Source of the DNA: Candidatus Micrarchaeota archaeon
GTDB lineage: Archaea; B1Sed10-29; JAJRYS01
Reading direction: 5' to 3'
DNA: 64,000 nt
Assembly: GCA_964643685.1 (NCBI GenBank)
Contig: CAZXTN010000001.1
Location: 64,001-128,000 of the forward strand
Shown one piece after another: positions 47,969 to 58,298 of the stretch. Below the pieces are notes generated by a model. It saw only the letters and a program-made list of their open reading frames with translations. It searched no databases and had not been told where the DNA came from. Numbering within the stretch: the stretch's first letter is position 1; every line of letters starts with the position of its first letter. A program made the translations under genes and the position numbers.

Positions 47969-48164
47969 ATAAATAAGAAAAAACCAAACAATGTTTATAA
48001 ACATTCGCTCATAAAATACAAATAAAAGGCAGGGACATGCAAACAATTAAAAAATTGTTTGAACCCCCTACATTATAAGACTGCTGTTAAAAATGCAGGG
48101 GTGCATGAACAAAGCAAGTTTGTTCAATCCCCAGCTTGCCACTATGACAAGCTATTAAGAACAA

Positions 48165-48389
48165 GCAGGGGTAGCCAAGAGGTCAACGGCGCCAGGTTCA
48201 GGTGAACTTCTTTCAAAAAGAAGTTCTGAAACGCCTGGTCTCTCAGTGAGTTCAAGGGTTCGAAAGCAGCCGTATCCGGCTGGCGGGCTAGACGACGTTC
48301 ACTTCGTTCAGTCGTCTGGTTTTCTTTTTAAAAAAGAAAAAGAGTCCGCTTTCAGCTGGAAACAGTTGACGGGAATCCCTTTCCCTGCA
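48165..48389 (+). tRNA. tRNA-Leu(CAG) with canonical intron 48203-48232 and 111-nt T-loop intron 48265-48375
   Basis: GCAGGGG/TCCCTGC, CCAGG-TT-CAG-G^G-CCTGG, AAGGG-TTCGAA^T-CCCTT. Confidence 0.88.
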
Positions 48390-48425
48390 TTTATTTTCAA
48401 ATTACAAAAAATGAGTAAATGAAAT

Positions 48426-48442
48426 GCCGGGGTGGTTCAGCC
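48426..48442 (+). repeat. Exact duplicate of tRNA-Met exon 1 (GCCGGGGTGGTTCAGCC)
   Basis: 17-nt identity with 48516-48532, ending exactly at the intron junction. Confidence 0.92.
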
Positions 48443-48515
48443 TGCCCCTTTCTTTTAAAAAAAGAAAGCGACAAGTTCGCGGAAAGAAAAAAGGTTGAAA
48501 AACAATAGAAAAAAC

Positions 48516-48633
48516 GCCGGGGTGGTTCAGCCACTGCGTTGAAAAGATTTCAACGTGTTTTCAGCGCAGCTGAAATGGTTAGGACGCAAGACTCATAATC
48601 TTGAGATCGCTGGTTCAAATCCGGCCCCCGGCA
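48516..48633 (+). tRNA. tRNA-Met(CAT), probably elongator, with D-loop intron 48533-48575
   Basis: GCCGGGG/CCCCGGC, CAAGA-CT-CAT-AA-TCTTG, strict BHB helix TCAG/CTGA. Confidence 0.92.
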
Positions 48634-48695
48634 CTAAAAAAAGGGCTTTATACCCTTTTGGGTTTTGATGCAACTTTTGTTAAAAGTTGCCGAAG

Positions 48696-48714
48696 ATCCA
48701 GCCCCCGGCACTAA
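48696..48714 (+). repeat. Duplicate of tRNA-Met 3' end (ATCCAGCCCCCGGCACTAA)
   Basis: One mismatch to 48619-48637. Confidence 0.88.
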
Positions 48715-48781
48715 GAAATAAATGAAAAAAAGCCATAACAAAGCATTTAAATAATGCTTTAGATAAAAAAACATAGAAACC

Positions 48782-48924
48782 GCCGCAGTAGCACAGTCTG
48801 CAAGAAACGAAGTTTCTTGAGCTTCCACCTTGCAGGTGCAATGGTAGTGCGGCTGCCTTGTAAACAACCTTAAAAAGTTGTTCAGGACAGCAGCAGGTCA
48901 CCGGTTCAAATCCGGTCTGCGGCT
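48782..48924 (+). tRNA. tRNA-Thr(TGT) with D-loop intron ~48799-48841 and canonical intron 48863-48888
   Basis: GCCGCAG/CTGCGGC, GCTGC-CT-TGT-A^A-GCAGC, ACCGG-TTCAAAT-CCGGT. Confidence 0.9.
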
Positions 48925-49112
48925 CTACAATTTGTTGAACAAATTGTATTAAACAATCTATCTTCGGCGACAAGCGCCTTGATAGACTAGTTCAAACTTC
49001 TAACGAAGTTTGAAATCTTTTTTGCCTTACGGCAAAAAAATGAGCACTTCAGCAAGCTGAAGGGGTCAATTGATACAAACTTTTAAAGTTTGTTTTGCCT
49101 TACGGCAAAAAA
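48925..49112 (+). repeat. Four-hairpin dispersed repeat, copy C (48925-49040) plus truncated copy (about 49073-49112)
   Basis: Starts at the base after the tRNA-Thr discriminator. First 31 nt are identical to copy D. Confidence 0.85.
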
Positions 49113-49151
49113 CAAAAAGTGAAAGTAGCAAGATAAGAAAATAGGTGTTTT

Positions 49152-49472
49152 TTGAAAATGATTAAGATATATAAGATACCAAATGAAAAACTGCAAGAAG
49201 CAAAGAAAGTGCTTGAAAACCCAGATGTAACAACAAACAATTGGGCTAGAAACGGCTACACACTAAGAGACGCTAAAATAATTGGCTTTGATGAAAACTG
49301 CAATTACCTATACGTAAAAGCAATTGAAGAATTCTTCCAACAAAACGAAAAACAAATAACAAGCATAGAAGGGGTTGCAATCTTGGAAGGAGAAGAATTT
49401 GAAAAAGTAAAAAACAAAATAGAGGAAGAGCAGGATTCAACAGCCTCAGGAATAGGAGCAATTTTCGGATAA
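49152..49472 (+). CDS. Hypothetical small protein
   Basis: AGGTG RBS, WARNGYTLRD, C-terminal GIGAIFG. Confidence 0.75.
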   Translation: MKMIKIYKIPNEKLQEAKKVLENPDVTTNNWARNGYTLRDAKIIGFDENCNYLYVKAIEEFFQQNEKQITSIEGVAILEGEEFEKVKNKIEEEQDSTASGIGAIFG

Positions 49473-49492
49473 AAAAAGAGAACAAGGTTAAG

Positions 49493-49565
49493 GGGCTCGT
49501 GGGCTAGTCTGGTATGCTCGGAGCTTCGGGAGCTCCTGACCTGAGTTCAAATCTCAGCGAGCCCA
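49493..49565 (+). tRNA. tRNA-Pro(CGG), intronless
   Basis: GGGCTCG/CGAGCCC, GGAGC-TT-CGG-GA-GCTCC, CTGAG-TTCAAAT-CTCAG. Confidence 0.93.
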
Positions 49566-49657
49566 GTTAACAAAAAAAACAGTTCAAAGAAAAAACAAGT
49601 TTGATAAGATACAATATTAATAAATAACAAAAATAAAAGAACAGATAATAAAAAAAT

Positions 49658-49768
49658 CCCGCTGTAGCTTAGTGGTAGAGCGCCTGGCTGTAGTATGGTT
49701 AAACGCGTGAAAAACGTGTTTTGCAGGTGGTCACCGGGAGATCGGGAGTTCAAATCTCCCCGGCGGGA
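49658..49768 (+). tRNA. tRNA-Tyr(GTA) with canonical intron 49694-49732
   Basis: CCCGCTG/CGGCGGG (C1-G72), CCTGG-CT-GTA-G^A-CCGGG. Confidence 0.92.
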
Positions 49769-49808
49769 TTGCCTTTAAAAAAAGAAGAAAACATAAAAAA
49801 AGCAAAAT

Positions 49809-49936
49809 GCCCCGGTAGTCTAGTGGTTAGGATTCAGCCCTGTCGAGGCTGAGACTCGGGTTCAAAAGTGACTTTTCTTTTCAAAAAAGAAAAGACACCT
49901 GAAAAGAAAACACTACTGAAAATCCCGGCTGGGGCG
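49809..49936 (+). tRNA. tRNA-Asp(GTC) with T-loop intron 49867-49922
   Basis: GCCCCGG/CTGGGGC, CAGCC-CT-GTC-GA-GGCTG, BHB helix TTCA/TGAA. Confidence 0.92.
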
Positions 49937-50032
49937 CTACAATTTGTTGAACAAATTGTATTAAACAGACCACACAAGGTAGTCTTATTCAAACTCTTTC
50001 AGAGTTTGAAATGTTTTTGCCTTCGCAAAAAA
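49937..50032 (+). repeat. Four-hairpin dispersed repeat, copy D
   Basis: Starts at the base after the tRNA-Asp discriminator, with the same stems and linkers as copies A-C. Confidence 0.85.
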
Positions 50033-50326
50033 GCTTTGCTTCAAAGAAGGGTTGAAACAAAAATTATAAAAGACCCCTAAGAGAAGCACATGTGGTCTGC
50101 GAGGGAATCAGAAATTCCCTAGAAATCAATCGCCTAACGGCTCAAACGTTTTTCCCTAACAGGAAAAACTGAAAGGGGCAGCAAGTCCCCTGCGTTTCGG
50201 TGAGGATTCAGGCTGGGGCGCTTTAGCTTTAAAGCAAAAAAGATACGAATAGAAAAGTATATATACTTGGAAAGCAACAAAAGATACACCTATTTTTTTT
50301 CTATTTTTGGGCTGGGTGAAGTTAAT

Positions 50327-50560
50327 TTGAGCAAAAAAAAGATACTTGAGCATGAATTAGTGCCATTGCACGAGGTTTTACCAGAAGAAGAAGTTAGTCT
50401 TATTTTGAAGAAGTATGGAATTGCAAAAGAGCAGTTGCCTAAAATTTTATCAGATGATCCTGTTGTAAAAGCAATAGGAGCTAAAGAGGGGCAGGTTCTT
50501 AAGATTACAAGAAAAAGCCCAACTGTTCATGAAAGCATTTATTATCGTTTAGTGGTTTGA
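50327..50560 (+). CDS. rpoH: RNA polymerase subunit H (Rpo5)
   Basis: HELVPLHEVL, QLPKILSDDPV, YYRLVV. TTG start after GGTGA. Confidence 0.95.
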   Translation: MSKKKILEHELVPLHEVLPEEEVSLILKKYGIAKEQLPKILSDDPVVKAIGAKEGQVLKITRKSPTVHESIYYRLVV

Positions 50561-50577
50561 ATAAAGGTGTTTGAAAA

Positions 50578-52050
50578 GTGTATCATTGGGAATTAGTTGA
50601 AGCATTGTTTAAAGAAAATCCATTGGTTAAGCAGCATATTGATTCTTATAACGAGTTTGTGAATAACAAAATTCACACTATAATACAAGAGTTAAATGAA
50701 GAGCAGAGTGAAAAAGAAAGAGTTAGGATAAAGTTTCATAAGGTAAGGCTTGAAAAACCAACTGTCATTGAAGCAGATGGTTCTAAAAGAAAAATAACTC
50801 CAAATGAAGCAAGGTTAAGGAACAGGAGTTACTCTGCATCTATGTATGTTGATTTAAGCATTATTGAAGAAGGAAAGGAAATTGACAGGGATGAGATTTA
50901 CATAGGAGAAATACCAGTGATGGTAAAATCAGATTTATGTCATTTGAAAGGATTGTCAAAAGAAGAGTTAATTGAAAAAGGAGAAGACCCATATGAGCAA
51001 GGGGGTTTTTTCATAATAAGCGGAAGCGAAAGAGTGCTTGTTGCAATTGAAGATCTTGCACCTAATCGTTTAATCATCTCAAAAGAAAACAAAGTAGGAA
51101 AAGAAATTGTAAGTGGAAGAATAACTTCTGTTAGAAAAGGATTCAGAGCAAGAACAGTGCTTGAAAGAAAAGAAGATGGAATAATGCACATTAGTTTCCC
51201 TGCTTCTCCTAAAAATTTAAACTTGTTCATGGTTTTAAAAGCACTTGGGTTTGACACCCCTAAGAAGATAAAAGAAGCTTTCTCAGATGACAAGCAAGTT
51301 ATAAACGACATTCTTTTAAATTTAGAGCAAATTGAAGCTAAAAACCAAGAAGAAGCAATTGACTACATTGGAAAAAAACTAGCAGCAGGCCAAATGGAAG
51401 AGTATAGAAAATCAAGAGCAAGATACGTGTTAGACAACTTCCTGCTTCCTCACTTAGGAGTAAGGGAAGAAGACAGGAAGAAAAAAGCGTATTACCTAGC
51501 ATCTGTAACTGAAAAAATGATAGAAGTAGCACAAGGAAAAAGAGAAGAAGACGACAGAGACAATTATACTAACAAAAGGTTGAAAATAACAGGAGTGCTC
51601 ATGGAAGAACTGTTTAGAACAGCCATAAACGCATTCATCAAAGACATAAAATACCAAATAGACAGGGCACATACAAGAGGCAGAAAAATGCAGATAAAAA
51701 CACTTACAAGACCAGATGCAATGACAGACAGGATAAGATTTGCAATGGGCACAGGACAATGGGTAGGTGGAAGAACAGGAGTTTCTCAATTGCTTGATAG
51801 AACAGCTTACATGGCAACAGTGTCACACTTAAGAAGAGTCCTCTCACCTTTGTCAAAAACCCAACAGCATTTCGAAGCAAGGGACTTGCACCCAACTCAC
51901 CTTGGAAAAATATGCCCAAACGAAACGCCAGAAGGACAATCAGTAGGGCTTGTTAAAAACCTTGCAATAGGCTGCTTCATATCCACAAAAGAAACACAAG
52001 GCTTGGAAAAAGAATTTTCAAAAATGGGCGTGGAATTAATAAAAAAATAA
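50578..52050 (+). CDS. rpoB2: RNA polymerase subunit B''
   Basis: HIDSYNEF, GGFFIISGSERV, ARDLHPTH, CPNETPEG. Confidence 0.96.
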   Translation: MYHWELVEALFKENPLVKQHIDSYNEFVNNKIHTIIQELNEEQSEKERVRIKFHKVRLEKPTVIEADGSKRKITPNEARLRNRSYSASMYVDLSIIEEGKEIDRDEIYIGEIPVMVKSDLCHLKGLSKEELIEKGEDPYEQGGFFIISGSERVLVAIEDLAPNRLIISKENKVGKEIVSGRITSVRKGFRARTVLERKEDGIMHISFPASPKNLNLFMVLKALGFDTPKKIKEAFSDDKQVINDILLNLEQIEAKNQEEAIDYIGKKLAAGQMEEYRKSRARYVLDNFLLPHLGVREEDRKKKAYYLASVTEKMIEVAQGKREEDDRDNYTNKRLKITGVLMEELFRTAINAFIKDIKYQIDRAHTRGRKMQIKTLTRPDAMTDRIRFAMGTGQWVGGRTGVSQLLDRTAYMATVSHLRRVLSPLSKTQQHFEARDLHPTHLGKICPNETPEGQSVGLVKNLAIGCFISTKETQGLEKEFSKMGVELIKK

Positions 52051-52076
52051 AAACACGAAAAAGAAGTGAAGATTAA

Positions 52077-53888
52077 ATGAAAAAAACAAAAGTGTACTTG
52101 AATGGAAAACTAATCGGATTCCACAGCAAACCGCAGGAATTAGCAGACTCAATAAGGCAAAAAAGAAGGCAAGGAGAACTGCCAGCAAACTTAACAGTCG
52201 TTTACTACGATGACTTGGATGAAATTTACATTAACACAGATGAAGGAAGAGCAATGCGCCCACTCATAGTTGTAAAAAATGGAAAATCAATGTACACTAA
52301 AGAACATGAAAAAATGATAAAAGAAGGTAAGATAAATTTCTCAGACTTAGTTAAAAACGGAGTAATAGAATACTTAGATGCTGAAGAAGAAGAAAACGCT
52401 TACATAGCATTGACAGAAAAAGAGTTAACAAAAGACCACACGCACTTAGAAATACACCCTTCATTAATGCTCGGAGCAGTTGCAGCAGTAGCTCCTTCAC
52501 CACAACACAATTCATCACCAAGGATAACAATGACAACAGCAATGCTTAAACAAGCATTAGGACAATACGCTTTAAACTACCAAATAAGGTCAGATACTCA
52601 GTCCCATATTATGTACTACACGCAAGAACCATTAGTGCAGACGAAATACATGAGCATAGTCGGGTTAGACAAAAAAGCAGCAGGACAAAACTTTGTAGTA
52701 GCAATAATGCCTTACTATGGATACAACATTGACGACGGATTAGTATTAAACAAAGCATCAGTAGAAAGAGGACTGGCAAGAACAGCTTACTTCAGAACAT
52801 ATGTAACAGAAGAAAGAACATACCCAGGAGGACAAAAAGACAAATTCCAGTTAATCAACCCAGAAGTACAAGGATACAGAGGAGAAGAGGCATACAAATA
52901 CCTAGATGACTACGGCATAGTAGAACCTGAATTCCACGTAAAAAGCGGAGAAGTAATAGTGGGAAAAACAAGCCCACCTAGATTCATAGAAGAAACAGGA
53001 GAATTTGGATTAATAGAAGAAAAAAGAAGAGAAAACTCACTAACAGTAAAATCAGGAGAACACGGAAAAGTAGACTGGGTGATAATCACACAAGGACAAG
53101 GAGGAAACAGGATAATAAAAGTAAGAACAAGAACAATAATGATACCTGAAATAGGAGACAAATTCGCAGCAAGACATGGACAAAAAGGAATCATAGGACT
53201 GCTAGCAGAAAGCAATGACATGCCATTCTCGGAAAAAGGAATAATACCAGACTTATGCATGAACGCACACGCAGTACCATCAAGAATGACAGCTTCATTC
53301 TTACTTGAATGCATAGGAGCAAAAAAAGTAGCATTAAAAGGAGAAATACAAGACGCAACAGCATTCGAACCAATAAACGAAGATGAGATAAAAAAAGCAT
53401 TAAAAGAATACGGCTTCAAAGAAAACGGAAAAGAAACGCTATACGACGGACTAACAGGAAGAAAAATAGAAGCAGAGATATTCACAGGGATAATATACTA
53501 CCAAAAACTAAAACACTTAGTAGCAAACAAGATACACGTAAGAGCAAGAGGACCAATACAAATACTAACAAGACAGCCAACAGAAGGAAGAGGAAGAGAA
53601 GGAGGACTAAGATTCGGAGAAATGGAAAGAGACTGCCTAATCGGACACGGAACATCAATGCTCCTCATGGAAAGATTACTAGAAGAATCAGACAAAGTAA
53701 CAGAACTAGTATGTTCAAAATGCGGAATGATAGCAATAGAAGACAAAATAAGAAAGAAAAAATACTGCCCAGTATGCGGCTCAACAGATGTAGTTCCAAT
53801 AGAAATGAGCTACGCATTCAAACTACTACTAAATGAAATGAAGTCAATGGGAGTATATCCAAAACTTGAATTGGGGGACAAAGCATGA
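52077..53888 (+). CDS. rpoB1: RNA polymerase subunit B'
   Basis: GDKFAARHGQKG, HAVPSRMT, GGLRFGEMERD. Confidence 0.96.
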   Translation: MKKTKVYLNGKLIGFHSKPQELADSIRQKRRQGELPANLTVVYYDDLDEIYINTDEGRAMRPLIVVKNGKSMYTKEHEKMIKEGKINFSDLVKNGVIEYLDAEEEENAYIALTEKELTKDHTHLEIHPSLMLGAVAAVAPSPQHNSSPRITMTTAMLKQALGQYALNYQIRSDTQSHIMYYTQEPLVQTKYMSIVGLDKKAAGQNFVVAIMPYYGYNIDDGLVLNKASVERGLARTAYFRTYVTEERTYPGGQKDKFQLINPEVQGYRGEEAYKYLDDYGIVEPEFHVKSGEVIVGKTSPPRFIEETGEFGLIEEKRRENSLTVKSGEHGKVDWVIITQGQGGNRIIKVRTRTIMIPEIGDKFAARHGQKGIIGLLAESNDMPFSEKGIIPDLCMNAHAVPSRMTASFLLECIGAKKVALKGEIQDATAFEPINEDEIKKALKEYGFKENGKETLYDGLTGRKIEAEIFTGIIYYQKLKHLVANKIHVRARGPIQILTRQPTEGRGREGGLRFGEMERDCLIGHGTSMLLMERLLEESDKVTELVCSKCGMIAIEDKIRKKKYCPVCGSTDVVPIEMSYAFKLLLNEMKSMGVYPKLELGDKA

Positions 53889-56407
53889 TAGAAAAAGAAA
53901 TAAAATCAGTAAACTTCGGAATACTAAGCCCTGAAATGATAAGAAAAATGAGCGCAATAAGAGTAACTACTCCAGACACATACGACGACAGCGGATACCC
54001 AATAGAAGGAGGACTCATGGACTTAAGACTAGGAGTAATAGACCCGGGACTAAGATGCAAAACATGCGGAGGAAAAATGAACACATGCTCAGGACACTTC
54101 GGTTCAATAGAACTAGTAAGACCAGTAATACACATAGGACACATCAAAATGATAATGGGCTTACTTAAAGCAACATGCAACAAATGCGGAAGAATACTCA
54201 TCCCCCCTGAAAAACTAGAAGAAATAAAAAAACTAATGCTTGAAGAAGAAGACTTAGAAGAAGAAAAAATCCTCGACTTACTTGAAAAGTCAAAAAAAGC
54301 AACAAAATGCCCACACTGCGGAGCAAAACAAGGAAAAATAAAACTAATAAAACCAACAACATTCTACGAAGACGATCAAAGGCTATTCCCATCAGAAATA
54401 AGAGAAAGACTAGAAAGAATACCAGACGCAGACTTAAAATTAATAGGATTAAACCCAGAAAAAGCACGCCCAGAATGGGCAGTCCTAACAGTACTGCCAG
54501 TGCCACCAGCAACAACAAGGCCATCTATCACACTAGAATCAGGAGAAAGAAGCGAAGACGACCTGACACACAAACTAGTAGACATACTAAGAATAAACCA
54601 AAGACTAGCAGACAACATCGCAGCAGGAGCACCGCAATTAATAATAGAAGACCTATGGGACTTACTACAATACCACTTAACAACATACTTCAACAACGAA
54701 GTATCAGGAATACCACCAGCAAAACACAGGTCAGGAAGACCATTAAAAACCCTATTCCAAAGACTCAAAGGAAAAGAAGGAAGATTCAGGTGGAACCTTT
54801 CTGGAAAAAGGGTAAACTTCTCAGCAAGAACAGTAATATCCCCAGACCCAAACATATCAATAGAAGAAGTAGGAGTACCACAACAAATAGCAGAAGAATT
54901 AACAGTCCCAGTAATGGTAACAGAATGGAACAAAGAACAAATAAAAAAAATAATAAAAAGCGATGAATACCCAAAAGCAAACTACGTAATAAGACCAGAC
55001 GGCAGAAGAAAAAAAGTAACAGAACTAAACAAAGAAGAAATAATAGAAGAACTAGACATAGGCTACATAGTTGAAAGGCAACTAATGGACGGAGACATAA
55101 CAATATTCAACAGGCAACCATCACTACACAGAGTATCAATGATGGGACACAAAGTAAAAGTACTGCCAGGCAAAACATTCAGACTAAACGACGCAGTAGC
55201 AAAACCATACAACGCGGACTTCGACGGAGACGAAATGAACCTACACGTCCCACAAACAATAGAAGCACAAATAGAAACAGAAAAACTAATGGCAGTAAGC
55301 AAAAACATAATCTCAATAAGACAAGGAACACCAGACATATCAGCAAACCAAGACCACATAACAGGAGCACACCTACTAACAAGAGAAGGAACCTACTTTG
55401 ACAAAAAAACAACAGAATGGCTACTATCAGCAGTAGGAGTAAAAGAACTGCCAAAACCAGTGTCAAAAAACAAATACGCTGGAAAAGACATCTTCTCAAT
55501 GATAATACCAAAAGAAATAAACCTGAAATACAAATCAAAAATAGGAGAAATAGTCGAAATAAAAAACGGACAAATAGTAAAAGGAACAATGGAAGGACAA
55601 GGACTAAAAAACAACTTAATACTTGAAATAATAAACAAAAAAGGACCAGAAGCAGCAAGAAAATTCATAGACCAATCAACAAAACTAGCACTATACGCAA
55701 TAGTTCAAGAAGGATACACAATAGGATTATACGACTACGAATTGTCAGAAAAAGCACTAAAACAAACAGGAGAAATACTAACAAAAGCAGAAAAAGAAGT
55801 AGACAAATTAATAGAAAAATACAAACAAGGAAAACTTGAAAGAATGCCAGGAAAAACAACAGAAGAAACACTAGAAGACTTAATCATGCAAGTCCTATCA
55901 CAAGCAAGAACAGACGCAGGAAACATAGCAGGAGAAGACATGGGCATAAAGAACCCAGCAGTGTTAATGGGAAAAGCAGGCGTAAGAGGAAACATGCTAA
56001 ACGTAACACAAATGACAGCATGCGTAGGACAAACAGCACTAAGAGGAAAAAGAATACTAAGAGGATACAGAAAAAAAGCACTCCCATACTTCAAAGAAGG
56101 AGACATCTCAGCAAAAGCAAGAGGGTTCATAAGAAGCTCATACGTAGAAGGGCTCAACCCAATTGAATACTACTTCCACTCAATGTCAGGAAGAGACGGA
56201 CTAGTAGACAAAGGAATCAACACATCAAGATCAGGATACATGCAAAGAAGACTAGTAAACGCAATGATAGACCTCTCACTAAAAGAAGACATGACAGTAA
56301 GAAACGCAGCAGGAACAATAATACAATTCACATACGGAGAAGACGGAGTAAATCCGCAAAAAACAAAAACACAAAAAGCAATAAAAGTAGAAAAATTCCT
56401 TCAATGA
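53885..56407 (+). CDS. rpoA1: RNA polymerase subunit A'
   Basis: YNADFDGDEMN catalytic motif, N-terminal Zn sites. Confidence 0.97.
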   Translation: MIEKEIKSVNFGILSPEMIRKMSAIRVTTPDTYDDSGYPIEGGLMDLRLGVIDPGLRCKTCGGKMNTCSGHFGSIELVRPVIHIGHIKMIMGLLKATCNKCGRILIPPEKLEEIKKLMLEEEDLEEEKILDLLEKSKKATKCPHCGAKQGKIKLIKPTTFYEDDQRLFPSEIRERLERIPDADLKLIGLNPEKARPEWAVLTVLPVPPATTRPSITLESGERSEDDLTHKLVDILRINQRLADNIAAGAPQLIIEDLWDLLQYHLTTYFNNEVSGIPPAKHRSGRPLKTLFQRLKGKEGRFRWNLSGKRVNFSARTVISPDPNISIEEVGVPQQIAEELTVPVMVTEWNKEQIKKIIKSDEYPKANYVIRPDGRRKKVTELNKEEIIEELDIGYIVERQLMDGDITIFNRQPSLHRVSMMGHKVKVLPGKTFRLNDAVAKPYNADFDGDEMNLHVPQTIEAQIETEKLMAVSKNIISIRQGTPDISANQDHITGAHLLTREGTYFDKKTTEWLLSAVGVKELPKPVSKNKYAGKDIFSMIIPKEINLKYKSKIGEIVEIKNGQIVKGTMEGQGLKNNLILEIINKKGPEAARKFIDQSTKLALYAIVQEGYTIGLYDYELSEKALKQTGEILTKAEKEVDKLIEKYKQGKLERMPGKTTEETLEDLIMQVLSQARTDAGNIAGEDMGIKNPAVLMGKAGVRGNMLNVTQMTACVGQTALRGKRILRGYRKKALPYFKEGDISAKARGFIRSSYVEGLNPIEYYFHSMSGRDGLVDKGINTSRSGYMQRRLVNAMIDLSLKEDMTVRNAAGTIIQFTYGEDGVNPQKTKTQKAIKVEKFLQ

Positions 56408-57547
<1,140 letters not shown>

Positions 57548-57566
57548 AAAAACAAAGGGATAAAAA

Positions 57567-57872
57567 ATGGACATCACAACAGCAATCAAAAGAATACTAA
57601 AAACAGGAAAAGTAGAATACGGCAGCAAAAAAGCAATAGAAAACACACTAACAGGAAAAGCAAAAGCAGTGATAATAGCTGAAAACTGCCCAAAAAACAC
57701 AAAAGAAGACCTAGAAACGTACACAAAGCAAGCAAGCATACCCCTAATAAAATACCCTGGAACAGCACTTGAACTAGGAGAAGTATGCGGAAGACCCCAC
57801 TTAATCGCAAGCATAACAATAATAAACGAAGGAGACGTTGACATCAAAAAACTAACAGAGGAAAAACCATGA
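57567..57872 (+). CDS. rpl30e: 50S ribosomal protein L30e
   Basis: TGKVEYG, IIAENCP, ELGEVCGRPH, conserved operon position. Confidence 0.95.
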   Translation: MDITTAIKRILKTGKVEYGSKKAIENTLTGKAKAVIIAENCPKNTKEDLETYTKQASIPLIKYPGTALELGEVCGRPHLIASITIINEGDVDIKKLTEEKP

Positions 57873-58279
57873 TAAAATACACTCAAGAAGAAATACAACT
57901 AATAAACCACTTCGAAAAAGAAACAAGAACAACAGTAAAAGACTGCATAATAACACCTGAAAACATAACATTCATAGTAAAAAAAGGAGAGATAGGACAA
58001 GCAGTCGGAAAAAACGGCTCAATAATAAAAAAAATAAAACAAAAAATAGGAAAAGAAATAAACGTATACGAACACTCAGACAAACCAGAAGAATTCATAA
58101 AAAACCTTCTGTTTCCAGTAAAGATTAAAAACACAGAAATACAAAACAACACAGCAACAGTTAAAGTCGAAAAACAAGATAAAAAAAGAGCAATAGGAAA
58201 AGAAGGAAAAAAAATAAAAAAAGTAAAAGAAATAATAAAAAGACACTACCCAAACATAACAGAAATAAAAATAATATGA
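57869..58279 (+). CDS. nusA: Archaeal NusA (two KH domains)
   Basis: AVGKNG and AIGKEG KH motifs, operon position. Confidence 0.93.
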   Translation: MIKYTQEEIQLINHFEKETRTTVKDCIITPENITFIVKKGEIGQAVGKNGSIIKKIKQKIGKEINVYEHSDKPEEFIKNLLFPVKIKNTEIQNNTATVKVEKQDKKRAIGKEGKKIKKVKEIIKRHYPNITEIKII

Positions 58280-58298
58280 AAAAGAGGATGAAAAAAAC

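Noticed and set aside
48426-48714. Trans-spliced split tRNA halves of the Nanoarchaeum/Caldivirga type
   Set aside because: Complete cis copies of each tRNA are adjacent, and I found no long complementary leader/trailer pairs. Not fully excluded for partners outside the window.
46425-50222. Integrated provirus or plasmid at the duplicated tRNA 3' ends
   Set aside because: Segments between duplicates are only about 60-290 bp, and no integrase or viral gene is present.
35076-50353. ORF-track calls at 35076, 43491, 44644, 45909, 46199, 47099, 48634, 48680, 49547, 49868 and 50156
   Set aside because: They overlap tRNA genes or palindromic repeats and have no recognisable protein motifs.
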